Positions 32,211 to 43,413 of a stretch of DNA of 64,000 nucleotides are shown one piece after another (positions within the stretch are counted from its first letter, which is position 1; the number at the start of each line of letters is the position of its first letter). The stretch comes from a bacterium (GTDB lineage: Bacteria; JAAXHH01). The notes under the pieces were generated by a model that was not told the DNA's origin, did no database searches, and was given only the letters and a program-made list of their open reading frames with translations. The stretch lies in NCBI GenBank assembly GCA_965225915.1, contig OZ245326.1:3634057-3698056 (forward strand), given 5' to 3'. The translations under genes were made by a program, and so were the position numbers.

Positions 32211-33543
32211 GGGTCTGTCACGTATTTTGTGTAACTGACTGTTTCATGTGATGGGCACTCTGTCTTCGTACATGATGATGAACTGGTTGATGGCGGCCGT
32301 CCAGTGGACAAGGGGCCGGATCCACCTTCGGGACAGATTGAGCAGAGCCAGATAGAGCAGTTTCCTGGCCGCCTCGTCTGTGGGGAAAGCGCCTTTGGTC
32401 TTGATGATCTTGCGCAGGCCCCGGTTCATGGATTCGATGGCATTGGTAGTGTAGATGACCTTCCTGATCTCCTGTGGGAAGGCGAAGAACGGGGTCAGAT
32501 GGTCCCAGTGTCTGCGCCATAGCCGGCTGATCGTGGGATATTGCTTATCCCAGTGTTCGGCAAAGCGATAAAGCGCGGCCTCAGCCTGCTCCAAGGTAGC
32601 GGCCTGGTATATCGCCCGGAGATCCTTGGCCACCTGCTTACGGTGTTTCCAGGAGACGTAGGTCAGGCTGTTACGCACCATGTGGACGATGCAGAGTTGC
32701 ACCTGGGCCTTGGGATACACCGTCTCTATGGCCTGGGGGAAGCCGGAGAGGCCGTCGCAGCAGGCGATGAAGATATCACCAACGCCCCGGTTCTTCAGTT
32801 CGGTCAGTACGTAGAGCCAGAACTTTGCCCCTTCGTTCTGCTCGATCCAGAGCCCCAGGAGTTCCTTGTCGCCGCGCAGGTTAACGCCCAGGGCCAGGTA
32901 GACCGCCTTGTTCCGTATGGTGCCGCTGTCACGTATCTTGACGAACAGGGCATCCAGGAACAGGATCGGATAGACCTCATCCAGGGGCCGCGACTGCCAG
33001 GCCAGGACCTCGTCGGTTACGGTGTCGGTGATCCGCGAGACCAGTTCGGGCGAGATGGCCACTCCGTAGAGATCTTCGATGTGGCCCTGGATATCGCGGG
33101 TGCTCATGCCCCTTGCGTACATGGAGATGATCTTGTCGTCGAAATCCGGCCAACGCGTCTGGTACTTGCGGATCAGCTTGGGATCGAAGGAGCCCTCGCG
33201 GTCCCGGGGGATCTCTACCGGCAGATCGCCCTTGTCGTCCTTGAGCGTCTTGGTGGTCTTGCCGTTGCGACTGTTGCCGCGGTTCCTGCCATCGGGGGCA
33301 TGCTTCTCGTAGCCGAGATGATCGGTGAGCTCGGTTTCCAGGATCCGTTCGGCCATGCGCTTCTTCATGCGCTTGAGCAGGCCGTCTTCGCCGAACAGGT
33401 CCTCGGCGTCCACCCCGTCTTCCATGAGCTCATCCAAAAGACGGTCGATCTTACTTGAGGGTTTTCTTTCTCTGGCCATAGCACTTCCTCCTTGTGAGCA
33501 AGATACAGGCTATTGCCAGTTACACAAAACTTGTTACAGACTC
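32211..33543 (-). mobile_element. Complete IS256-family element with 8-bp target duplication
   Basis: Terminal IRs GGGTCTGTCACGTATTTTGTGTAACTG and CAGTTACACAAAACTTGTTACAGACTC; TGCTGAAC at 32203-32210 and 33544-33551. Confidence 0.95.
32244..33479 (-). CDS. IS256 family transposase
   Basis: IPRDREG.F.P, LFLDA, CCDGL, QLCIVH and YTTNAIES motifs. Confidence 0.95.
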   Translation of the reverse strand: MARERKPSSKIDRLLDELMEDGVDAEDLFGEDGLLKRMKKRMAERILETELTDHLGYEKHAPDGRNRGNSRNGKTTKTLKDDKGDLPVEIPRDREGSFDPKLIRKYQTRWPDFDDKIISMYARGMSTRDIQGHIEDLYGVAISPELVSRITDTVTDEVLAWQSRPLDEVYPILFLDALFVKIRDSGTIRNKAVYLALGVNLRGDKELLGLWIEQNEGAKFWLYVLTELKNRGVGDIFIACCDGLSGFPQAIETVYPKAQVQLCIVHMVRNSLTYVSWKHRKQVAKDLRAIYQAATLEQAEAALYRFAEHWDKQYPTISRLWRRHWDHLTPFFAFPQEIRKVIYTTNAIESMNRGLRKIIKTKGAFPTDEAARKLLYLALLNLSRRWIRPLVHWTAAINQFIIMYEDRVPIT

Positions 33544-34244
33544 TGCTGAACTGATGGAATGGCCGCTATGTCGCTACAATGGGAATCGACCGTATCAACG
33601 ACCAACACAACTCCTTTCAGATTGGAAGTTCGTGCCGCATGCTATCCAGATATATCGGGCCACCCCTGCAGTCACTGATGTATTTCTCACTACTGTAAGG
33701 ACTGTCTCTTTGCAGCACGCCTACGGCTTTCGATACGACCCTCAGACTATCTCTGTATCCAGTAGAATTGGACCCGTAGCAAAGCTCCCCATGTGCAACC
33801 GTCTTCATAACCACTCACCATCAGGCCCCGGAGAATAACATGTTTCAAAGCAAGGATTTACGAAAATCTGGCCACCCATCAAAGGCGGAAGCGTGGTTGA
33901 CGGCGTTTTCCTCTTTTCCGATCTAATAAATCGGTGGCGGAAGCTGTGTCAAACGGACTTCCGCCCCCTCCGGTCAGAATAACCCTTTCTCCGGCGTCGG
34001 AACCAGGATATCCGGAACGTCGTTGTGGATGCTGTTCACCCTGGTTCGGACGGGACGCCTTTCGTCGGGTCTACGCGCCAGGTCGTGGAGCGATGGGATA
34101 GGCGACATCAGGTCTCGCCACAGTGTTTAGGAGCTTCCAACGTGCTCCACGGCCGTGACCCGTGGACTTGGCTAATTCGCGAGCCTTCAATAATCGGTGG
34201 TCCGTCGAGATGGCCAGCAGTTAAGAGCAAAGCCCTTGGCTATC

Positions 34245-34963
34245 TCAGGACCCTCCTCCGAAGAGACCGGGGCCGGTTGCGGCAATGCGCTCGCGCCCAC
34301 CGCGCGTAGGGCTCGTGTTGAGGTTTTTCGCCTCGGCACCAGTGCGGGTGTGATTCTCGGCGAGCAGGCGCTTAAGCACCTCGCGGCGAGCGGTGGGGCT
34401 GATGGTGTAGCGAACGCGGTCGTTCTCGGGGAGAATCTCCACCTCATAGAAGTCGTGCTCGAGGTCGAGGTCCTGCCAGCCGTAAGCATCGCGAACTGCG
34501 ATGTCGAGCGCGACGTGCAGCCGACGCAGTTCCAGCAGGGTCTCGAAGCCCGTGACGGCGATATGTAAGTCTTTCTTCGAGACCTTGGCGACCGTCTCAG
34601 GTGACAAGTCGCGGGTGTGAAAGAGGTTGTAGACCTTGGTCAGACCGAGCCAGAGGCACTGCATCAGTTCCTTGCGATGCGCGTGGTAGCGCTCGCCGAA
34701 TTCCGCGAGGCCGGGATCGGTGGTCTGCCAGAGCCCGGCAGGGACGGCGAAGGTGTCAAAGCAGTTGGAGGGTGAGTAGCGGAGGTCTTGTTTTAACGTG
34801 CCGCTGTACTTACGAGCCCAAACCTCGTGGAGGGTGGACTGAACCACGGTGAACAGGTCCCAGCGGTCGGAGGTGAAGATATAAAGGGCGTCACTGTAGA
34901 CAAAGTCCGTCGGCATCGACGAAAAGCTCAGGTGCTTAGTGGTGCGAGCGGCGACGAAACAAT
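34245..34963 (-). pseudogene. C-terminal remnant of a type IIG/IIL (Eco57I/MmeI-like) restriction-modification enzyme
   Basis: QSTLHEVWAR...DLRYSPS.CFDTF, GLTKVYNLFH, LH..LD.AV..AYGW and RYTISP.AR.EVL.RLL..N; the 5' part is replaced by IS256 sequence. Confidence 0.75.
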
Positions 34964-36009
34964 GGTCAGATGGTCCCAGTGTCTGCGCCACAGCCGGCTG
35001 ATCGTGGGGATATTGCTTATCCCAGTGTTCTGCGAAGCGATCCAAAGCGGCCTCGGCCTGCTCCAGGGTAGCGGCCTGGTATATCACCCGGAGATCCTTG
35101 GCCACCTGCTTACGGTCCTTCCAGGAGACGTAGGTCAGGCTGTTACGCACCATGTGTACGATGCAGAGTTGCACCTGGGTCCTGGGATACACCGTCTCTA
35201 TGGCCTGCGGAAAGCCCGACAGGCCCGTCGCAGCAGGCGATGAAGATATCAGCAACATTCTTCAGTTCGGTCAGTACGTAGAGCCAGAACTTTGCCCCTT
35301 CGTTCTGCTCGATCCAGAGCCCCAGGAGTTCCTTGTCGCCCGCGCAGGTTAACGCCCAGGGCCCAAGTAGACTGCCTTGTTCCTGATGCTGCCGCTATCA
35401 CGTATCTTGACGAACAGGGCATCCAGGAACAGGATCGGGTAGATCTCATCCAGGGGCCGCGACTGCCAGGCCAGGGCCTCGTCGGTCACGGCGTCGGTGA
35501 TCCGCGAGACCAATTCGGGCGAGATGGACACCCCGTAGAGATCTTCGATATGGCCCTGGATATCCCGGGTGCTCATGCCCCTTGCGTACATGGAGATGAT
35601 CTTGTCGTCGAAGTCCGGCCAGCGTGTCTGGTACTTGCGGATCAACTTCGGATCGAAGCTGCCTTCGCGGGTCCCGGGGGATCTCTACCGGCAGAGCGCC
35701 CTTGTCGTCCTTGAGCGTCTTGGTGGTCTTGCCGTTGCGTGAGTTGCCGCGGTTCCTGCCATCGGGGGCATGCTTCTCGTAGCCGAGATGATCGGTGAGC
35801 TCGGCTTCCAGGATCCGCTCGGCCATGCGCTTCTTCATGCGCTTGAGCAGGCCGTCTTCGCCGAACAGGTCCTCGGCGTCCACCCCGTCTTCCATAAGCT
35901 CATCGAGAAGACGGTCGATCTTACTGGGATTCTTTCTGTCTCTGGCCATAGCAATTCCTCCTTGTGAGCAAGAGGCTATTGCCAGTTACACAAAACTTGT
36001 TACAGACTC
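34964..36009 (-). mobile_element. Degenerate, truncated IS256 copy
   Basis: Closely similar to 32211-33543 with the same terminal IR ending at 36009; several frameshifts; 3' end missing. Confidence 0.9.
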
Positions 36010-36155
36010 GCCAAAACGCCACCAATTCTCACGCCGACTTTGCATTTTGTCCTTATCTCGAACAGGTTTGACTAGGGTTAATACTCTACGGAATAATAAG
36101 TTACGGGCTGGCCAGCCCGTAACTTATTATTCCGATAATCTATCCCATTGGGAAA

Positions 36156-36605
36156 CTACTGTTCGTCTTTACGTATACTCCTAAATTGATAAGGCATCAA
36201 TACATAAGCGTCGACAGGTTTTCCGTTCTTTATTGCCGGAACGAAGCTCCATGTATATGCTTCCATTAATGCTACACTATCCAGTACTGAATGTCCTGAG
36301 GGGTATTCAACCCATGCTGTGTCAACCACCCCATGTGCTGTAATATACAGATAGAGACCTACATCGCCGTCCAACCCATTAATAAGAGACTTAACTTCTG
36401 CAGAACTCTGATAATTAGACACGCCTTGTGGAGGAGTGTCCCATTGCTCTTCCACGGGAGGAATATCCAGCGGGGTGTTTCCAGAAGTTGCCGACACCGA
36501 AACCTGGTTTGTTGATTCAATATCGGTATCCATACCTTCATTGCTTCCACAGGCAATGAACATCAGCCACAATGTGCATAACGCAGTGTTACGTACTACA
36601 ATCAT
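36156..36605 (-). CDS. Putative lipoprotein with TonB C-terminal domain
   Basis: Lipobox-like FIAC; G.V.L...I...G.V.......SGH..LD..A......W.F.PA..NGKPV pattern. Confidence 0.75.
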   Translation of the reverse strand: MIVVRNTALCTLWLMFIACGSNEGMDTDIESTNQVSVSATSGNTPLDIPPVEEQWDTPPQGVSNYQSSAEVKSLINGLDGDVGLYLYITAHGVVDTAWVEYPSGHSVLDSVALMEAYTWSFVPAIKNGKPVDAYVLMPYQFRSIRKDEQ

Positions 36606-36639
36606 GCGATGATTCTCCCTTTTAAAGTTGTTATACCTT

Positions 36640-37190
36640 TCAGTCTACATTACAAGTTTTCACTATGTGAATATAGCGATTGTATCCCCGCAGAGTCTGC
36701 CATGTCCCGTCTTCTATAAAACATGAAATAGACTGTATGTGCGTCGTAAAGCTATGATTGCCAATACGATTAGGATGGGATAGCAAGTTAACGAAAAGAT
36801 CATTGGCATACGATCTTATAAACACGCTGGATTCGTTTATCGGCATTGAGGCTATATTCTCATGAAAACGAAGGGGAGTATCTAAGTCTGTCGAAGTATG
36901 AAGATAAAGTTCGACATTTGAGGTATAAAACACGGAGATAATCCCCATGTGTGAACGTACATATCCTGCAATGCTACGGAGGGTTTTGTTTCCGCTGAAA
37001 TCACCTACGACAGGAACGATAAGATTACATCTCTGCATTTCTTTGAGGTAGTTAAATTTGTCGTTATTTACAAGAAACCCGGTCAATTCACCTTCTTCCG
37101 TTGTCGAAAGAAGAATGTCTCGAAAAGTTGGATATGAATCTAAGCCTTGGGTAGCGTATCAGTCTGAATTCATCATTTTGAATCGGTATC
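36640..37190 (-). pseudogene. C-terminal fragment of a conserved hypothetical protein truncated by IS3
   Basis: YPTFRD...NLIVPVVGDFSG.K.L...FYTSNVE.YL; no start codon; abuts the IS end near 37198. Confidence 0.5.
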
Positions 37191-37197
37191 ACAAGAT

Positions 37198-38464
37198 AGA
37201 AGTTACCCCGTTTTCGTGGACGGTTTAAGAATGGGGATTCAGGCTGTTTTCTTGAACCTCCTTTCGTAGTTTATGGGTGACAGGAATCCGAGGGAAGAGT
37301 GTCGTCTCCGGGTATTGTAGAAGCCCTCGATGTATTGGAACAGGGCAGGTTTGGCCTCTGTCATGGTGGCAAATCGGTTTCGATCAAGCAGTTCACACTC
37401 CATGCTGGCTAAGAAGCTCTCGCACAGGCGTTGTCTGTCATAGCAGTCGTCGGCCGAACCCATGGACGGTCTTACGCCAGCCTGTCTGCATCGCTTGCCG
37501 AAGGCCACCGAAGTGTACTGTGTACTGTGATCCTTGGTCGCTGTGGTGGATCACCTTGTCAGGTCTACGCTGGCAAAGGGCCATGTCGAGGGCGTCTGTG
37601 ACTAACTCGCCTCGCAGATAGTTGGCAATGGACCAGCCGACCACGCGACGACTGAAGGCGTCTATGACCACGGTAAAGATAGAGGAAGCCCGCATGGGTA
37701 GGTACGTAGGTGGTATCGGCTACCTAGAGCATGTCTGCAGCTTTAGCCGTGAAGTCCCGACGGATCAGATCGGGTGCTTTCTCATTGGACTCCGATCGCC
37801 ATGTGGTGCGTACGGATCTGCGGCGTGACACCCCGCAGATAGAGGTCATGCGCATCAGGCGAGCTACGCGTTTTAACCCAACGCGTATGCCCAACTCGCG
37901 CAGTTCGGCATGGATGCGCTCAAGCGCCCGTAGGTACCCTGGAGCGCTGATGTATCGAGCTGATCCGGCTTAGAAGCATGGCATCCTCTATGACCCTTTT
38001 CGAGGCGGACCGCATAAGCCAAGCGTAGTAGCCGCTGGGGGAGACTTCCAGCAGGCTGGCATAGACGGCGATCCTGATTGGAGGCCTGGTTCGCATTTAT
38101 GAACGAGAAGACTCTGGTAATGTCTCGGTCTCCCGGGCGAACCAGGCCGCGGTTTTTGCAAGGATCTCCCGTTCCATCTTGAGCTTTTTGTTCTCACGGC
38201 GCAGACGACACAGTTAGGCCCGATCTTCGGTGGTCAGGCCGTCTTCACGTCTGCCCTTGTCCAGGTTATCCTGTTTGACCCAGTTGCGAATGGCTTGCTC
38301 AGGTGGGTTCGAACTCTTTGGACAGGGTTTCTCAGGCTGCGGCCGGCGCGAACAAGGTCGACCATCTGCTCATCTAGGCCGCTGGATAAGGGGCATGGGA
38401 TATGGGCATGTGACTCTCCTTTCGACACAAGAAGTTACATGTACACTTAACCGGGTCAACTCCA
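37198..38464 (-). mobile_element. Degenerate IS3-family element
   Basis: Fragments with HHSDQGSQY, DAFSRRVVGWS and FYNTRRRHSSLG; ends match the copy at 48484-49740; many indels. Confidence 0.88.
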
Positions 38465-38549
38465 GCCTGTGACGGGGCCTCTATTGTGGTAGAGGGCTCA
38501 ATGGCCGAGTCCATCACCCAGGACGTCAACCGTCTTGAATAGCCTGAAC

Positions 38550-41500
38550 CTAATGGCGCTCAGGCTCGTGTTCCAAAGAAACGATTGGCACCGTCGCGCC
38601 AAGGGTGGCGCGCGCAATGTCCACTAGGTGCTCGTGGTGCGTAAAGAAGAGCACCTGGGTCACTGCCCCCAGTTGCCCGAGCACCCGAAACCCTGCGGCA
38701 GCACGCTCGTCGTCGAAGTTAATGAACAGATCGTCGGCGACGAAGGGGAGAGGCGGTGCCCGATCAAGATAGTCAGAAACCGCCGCAATACGGAGCGCGA
38801 GGTAAAGCTGGTCAGCGGTGCCCGTGCTCATTCCGGGAACGGGTACGGTAGCGCCGTCCGGGCGCACGCCTATCAAATGGGCCCGGTCCTGATCGTCGAA
38901 GTCAACGCGAAGGCTGCCGAACGAATCGCCGGTGAGCGTGGCGAAGAGCTGCCCGGCGCGCTTGAGCAGGGGCGCTTGCTTTTCGCGTCGATAACGGTCG
39001 ATGGCCCATTGGAGCAGCAGGGCAGCGACGCGAACACGGGTGTACTGTTCCGCCACCGCCCGCATTTCCGCAAGAGCCTCCTGCCGGACCGTCGCGGCAC
39101 GCACCGCGGCATCATCGCCGCCAATGGCCTCGAATGATTGCCGTGCTGCGGTACGGTGTTCTCGGGCTTCGAGGAGACGCTCGTGCAACTCCTTCAACTC
39201 CTGTACCAACGATGTCCCACGAGCTGACACCTGATCCAGGTCGACGTTCTTGCACTCTTCCTCCAACTCCGCGACTGAGAGACCGTCACCTTCCGTGAGA
39301 AGCGCATCAAGGGTCTGCGCCTGTTCCGCCCGAAACACGCGCAATCGATCCGACTTCTCGATTGCAGCCTTGAGTTGATCGACATTTGTAACACCAGCGG
39401 TTTCCTGGAGACCATCGATGACTTCGCGTGCTTCTCGGCGTTCGGCTTCATATTCCTCGATCGCCCGCTCAAGGGTGGCGATAGCCTCGTCCTTCTCCTT
39501 CATTAGCTCCCGTAAGCGATTTGTCTCAGCAAGGCGTCGCTCCAGATGGAGCACGGCCTCTTCGGGCTCGACCTCGGTCAGATCAAGGGCCACCGTCCCC
39601 ACTAGCTGCGCGACGTCCTTACTGAACGCGGTCGCGTCGCGTTCGATCTTGCCGATGCGTTCGTGACGCAGTTCATTCACCCTGACGACACTCGTGCGCA
39701 TTTCATCGATCGTATCGACCTGCACGGCAACCACCTCTGGGTTGACAGCGAGATCGAATCCCAGCGCAGCGAGCGCGTCAGCCCACTGACTCTGCCACTC
39801 CGACCAAGCCGCCTCGGTCTTCTCAAACGCCTTGCGTATTCGCTCGCCATCGACAGCTGACCGACGATGTGCCTCATCCAATTGTCGTCGTCCTTCTACA
39901 GCCCTTTCGTGCTCGCGCAGCAAATTGACTGCGGCTTCAAGGACGACAGCAAGCGGTTGGCGAGCCAAGTCATCCGTGTTGGTACTGACCGCGGCGAGTT
40001 CGTCAAGAACGCTTGTCCGGGCCTGTACTTCCTGACGACGCAGAGCGGCTACCTGTCGCTCTGCCGTCGCCCGTCGCTCGATCGCGCTCAGCGCTGCCTC
40101 GCGAGCTGTCAACCACTCCAGCATTTCGTCTGGCGCCAGAGGCTCAAATGGCGCCTCCGACCACATCTCGCACCAATCGGCATCGAGCGTGTTAAGTTGT
40201 ACGTCGAGCGCCTCAGCTTCCTTACGGAGGCTGTGGAGGAGCTCCTCCTGTTCCGCGAGCTGGCGCGAAGTCACAGCGAGTCGAGCCGCTGCCTCGGCCT
40301 TGTCGAAGCGCAGATCGGCGAGATCATCGGCTGAGCGCACCGCCCCCTCATACGCGTCGGCCAGTTGATCTTTGGGACCGCCAAAGGCGATAATTTCGGT
40401 CTCGGGCACGGACTTTCCATCCACAAAGCGCCGACGGATCAGTGACCAGCCGGTTTCGCGGTGCTCCCTAGCCTGAGCGAGATCGTTGGGGGCGACCGCC
40501 TCTTCGTCGTGGACGAGCCGTTTGTAGGCCTTGTGTTGGCGGTCGTGCTCCTGCTCCGCAGCTCGAACGCGTTCGCGGCTGCTCTCAATGCGCTGGTCCA
40601 GCGTGCGGCACGAGTCGCGGTGTGACAGCACCGTATCCCGAGGTTGTACAGGCAACGCGATTAGCGTTCTCTCGTCCACGACCTCGGGTCTTAAGAGCTT
40701 GAATAACAGCTGGAAATCGGCGTGCGCGTCCTCGAATTCCGCTTCGGCGGCACTGATCCGTGTAGCTATGTCGTCGTTGCCATGCGTGGCTCTTGTCACC
40801 GCCGCGAGCATCGAAATGTCGGTCAGCGTTCCCTGGGCCTCCCGTTGCCGCAGAAGCTCGGCTGCCTTGGTCATTGCTTCCTCTGCTACGGCTTTCGCAT
40901 TCTCGACGGCTGACAGGCGCTCACCCCGCCGATTCAAGAGCGTGCGCACAGTGGCAACCTTCGTACGCGCCGGGATGCGTCCGATGAGTTGATCGACATC
41001 GTTTGCATCCCAGTCGAGTTCCGCAGCCAACCGCCGTAAATCCGCTTCAGCACCGGCAAGTTCGGCTCGGCGCTTGGGGAGGTCGGCCCGTCCATCGCGA
41101 ACCTTGATCCGAATCTCATGGAGTTGCTCTATGTCGTGCTCATGCAAGATAAGGGCTTCGTCGTAGGTCAGCACCGACCGCTCCGCGCGGGCGACCTCGA
41201 GCTGATCCATCAATGTCTCAACGCGTGCCGCGGCGCTATCATCGTCGCGCTCCACGGCCTGCAGAATTTGGAGGGCGTCATCGGGAAGTGCAGTTGCTTC
41301 GCCTAGGTCGGCGATCGTCTGGTCCAGTTCTGCCTTCCGTCGCACATTTCGGTAGACCAGCCGAATACGTCCGAGCTTTCGTTGCTCGGCGGACGTCTCC
41401 TCGATCTCCTTTTCGAGCGCGGTATAGGTGTCTCGGGCAGCATCGTTGACCTGTTTGAGATCGTGCCACTTGGCAGCCGTTACGGTATGGGCGCGTAGCT

Positions 41501-42089
41501 CATCATTCGCCTCTTTTAGCCGGTCCTCCGCTTGGAAGTATCTTCGCCGCGCCGCCCGGCGCGAGGCCCAGAGGCCGTCCGCATCTTCCTCGAGAGTTTT
41601 TAGCGTCTCGCGCAAGCTGGACAGCCCGGCACCGACCGAGAACAGCATCTGGCCGATCTCGTCCTGGGATTCGAGGATCTCGCGGCCGCCCTGGCGCAGG
41701 CGCTCATGATCCATACTGAACATGCGTGTGATAAAGCTGCGATCGGCACCGGCTAGGAATGGCGCGAGCGCGCTGTCACCCACAGGGATCGGAATATCCT
41801 CTGGTGTGAGCAGAGTGTCTTTGTTGCCCTTTCTGCGCCGCACTTCCAGCGTTTCGTTGTCATTCTCCAGGACCGCGCCGATGCGCATGCTGGCATAGTC
41901 ATGGAGGAAATTGAGTGGCGAGTTGTGGGGGATACCGAAGAGCACGTCCTCGATGGCCGCGAGCGCGGTGGACTTACCAACCTCATTGGGTCCGAACACG
42001 ACGTGGACGTCCGGATTGTGGACAGGCAGCTCAAGCGAGACGTCCGTGAAACGGCCGTAGCGGAGCATATCAAGCCGGTTAATCCGCAT
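38550..42089 (-). CDS. yhaN: YhaN/AAA_27 SMC-like (Rad50/SbcC-like) coiled-coil ATPase
   Basis: YGRFTD, Walker A GPNEVGKST, long coiled coil, signature MSTGTADQLYLALR, Walker B FVADD..INFDD and FFTHH. Confidence 0.88.
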   Translation of the reverse strand: MRINRLDMLRYGRFTDVSLELPVHNPDVHVVFGPNEVGKSTALAAIEDVLFGIPHNSPLNFLHDYASMRIGAVLENDNETLEVRRRKGNKDTLLTPEDIPIPVGDSALAPFLAGADRSFITRMFSMDHERLRQGGREILESQDEIGQMLFSVGAGLSSLRETLKTLEEDADGLWASRRAARRRYFQAEDRLKEANDELRAHTVTAAKWHDLKQVNDAARDTYTALEKEIEETSAEQRKLGRIRLVYRNVRRKAELDQTIADLGEATALPDDALQILQAVERDDDSAAARVETLMDQLEVARAERSVLTYDEALILHEHDIEQLHEIRIKVRDGRADLPKRRAELAGAEADLRRLAAELDWDANDVDQLIGRIPARTKVATVRTLLNRRGERLSAVENAKAVAEEAMTKAAELLRQREAQGTLTDISMLAAVTRATHGNDDIATRISAAEAEFEDAHADFQLLFKLLRPEVVDERTLIALPVQPRDTVLSHRDSCRTLDQRIESSRERVRAAEQEHDRQHKAYKRLVHDEEAVAPNDLAQAREHRETGWSLIRRRFVDGKSVPETEIIAFGGPKDQLADAYEGAVRSADDLADLRFDKAEAAARLAVTSRQLAEQEELLHSLRKEAEALDVQLNTLDADWCEMWSEAPFEPLAPDEMLEWLTAREAALSAIERRATAERQVAALRRQEVQARTSVLDELAAVSTNTDDLARQPLAVVLEAAVNLLREHERAVEGRRQLDEAHRRSAVDGERIRKAFEKTEAAWSEWQSQWADALAALGFDLAVNPEVVAVQVDTIDEMRTSVVRVNELRHERIGKIERDATAFSKDVAQLVGTVALDLTEVEPEEAVLHLERRLAETNRLRELMKEKDEAIATLERAIEEYEAERREAREVIDGLQETAGVTNVDQLKAAIEKSDRLRVFRAEQAQTLDALLTEGDGLSVAELEEECKNVDLDQVSARGTSLVQELKELHERLLEAREHRTAARQSFEAIGGDDAAVRAATVRQEALAEMRAVAEQYTRVRVAALLLQWAIDRYRREKQAPLLKRAGQLFATLTGDSFGSLRVDFDDQDRAHLIGVRPDGATVPVPGMSTGTADQLYLALRIAAVSDYLDRAPPLPFVADDLFINFDDERAAAGFRVLGQLGAVTQVLFFTHHEHLVDIARATLGATVPIVSLEHEPERH

Positions 42090-42092
42090 GGC

Positions 42093-43379
42093 CTACTGCC
42101 CTTCCGTCGTGATCCGTGCCGCTAGATAGCCACTTACCTGGCGGATCAAGCTGACGTAGTCGCCGTCGATGGCAGCCTTCAGCACGGCATCTTCTGTATC
42201 GGCACGGAGTTCATGTGGCAGTTTACGCACCAACTCGCCGATATCGACCTCGAGCTGTTGGTGAAGTGCAGTGTCTTTGCTCGCATCCTCCAGCATACGC
42301 TGAAGCTCACCTAGCGCGTCCTCACGGGTGCGAAGGGTTGCGGAATCGAGCACTGGCCGTGTCGCGATGACGATCCGCTCGATCCAAGCCGTTTCCTCGC
42401 CGATTCCTAGGGCTGTGCCCCGCGCGTCTGCAAGAAGATGTTCGGTCGAAGCGAGCAGATTATCGTGGATGTCGCTCGGGCCAGTCAGTTCAATGCGACA
42501 CGCGAGAAGCCGACCGTCTGCGTCGTGCGCTGCCGCGTTTTCGATCGCTGTACGCAAACGGTCCACCGCCTCGGTCATTCGCGTGCACCCGTCAACGGGA
42601 ACAGACAAATGGGTCCAACGCACGACGTCGCTGGGAACTGAAAGTGCCTCGGTAAGTTCGTTATCCTCGACCGTGACGAGGTACGCACCCTTGGGGCCGG
42701 TCTCGCGAATGTGCCGCCCTTGGAGATTGCCGGGGAAGATCACGTGAGGTCGCTCGTGGAGAATAGCCGCCTGATGCACGTGACCGAGGGCCCAGTAATC
42801 GTATCCCTTATTGACAAGGTCATCGAGCGTGCAGGGGGCATAGTTGGCGTGGCCCCCCATACCACCAAGTCCGCTATGGAGCACGCCGATGTTGAACATA
42901 CCCGCAATCGGCTCAGGGTAAGCTGGCACTAGGTTGTCGGCGATATCGCGCTGCCGGAAGCTCTGACCGTGGAGTGCGACATCAAGTTCTTTAAGCTGGA
43001 AGGTATCGGGTTTCTGCGCGGAAAATGTCTTCACGTTCTCGGGGAGAATGAGACGGCGGGTGATCTGGCTCTCGGCATCGTGGTTTCCGTAGAGCAGGAA
43101 GACGGGAACACCGGCTGCCGCGAGCCGGCCCATCTGCCTAACGAAGAAAAGCCCCGTCTGGTAATCACGCCAGTCCCCATCATAGAGATCACCCGCGATG
43201 ATGACAAAGGCGACTTCTTCCTGCAGAGTTTGGCCGACAAGGTTCGCAAACGCCTCGCGAGTGGCTGTCTGGATACGGTCAGCAGCACCACCCTCCTGCC
43301 CGGCAAGGCCCTTCAGGGGGCTGTCAAGATGAATGTCTGCTGTGTGGATAAACCGAAATGATGGCAAGGCATACCTCAT
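42093..43379 (-). CDS. yhaO: YhaO/SbcD/Mre11-like metallophosphoesterase nuclease
   Basis: HTADIHLDSP, AGDLYD, GNHD, YAPC, DYWALGHVH and PGNLQGRH motifs. Confidence 0.9.
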   Translation of the reverse strand: MRYALPSFRFIHTADIHLDSPLKGLAGQEGGAADRIQTATREAFANLVGQTLQEEVAFVIIAGDLYDGDWRDYQTGLFFVRQMGRLAAAGVPVFLLYGNHDAESQITRRLILPENVKTFSAQKPDTFQLKELDVALHGQSFRQRDIADNLVPAYPEPIAGMFNIGVLHSGLGGMGGHANYAPCTLDDLVNKGYDYWALGHVHQAAILHERPHVIFPGNLQGRHIRETGPKGAYLVTVEDNELTEALSVPSDVVRWTHLSVPVDGCTRMTEAVDRLRTAIENAAAHDADGRLLACRIELTGPSDIHDNLLASTEHLLADARGTALGIGEETAWIERIVIATRPVLDSATLRTREDALGELQRMLEDASKDTALHQQLEVDIGELVRKLPHELRADTEDAVLKAAIDGDYVSLIRQVSGYLAARITTEGQ

Positions 43380-43413
43380 TGAAGCACGATTCCGTCAGAT
43401 CTCTAGCGCATGC

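Noticed and set aside
34245-35258. 337-aa ORF as a transposase-methyltransferase fusion protein
   Set aside because: Chance in-frame junction between a broken IS256 and an RM remnant; neither part is complete.
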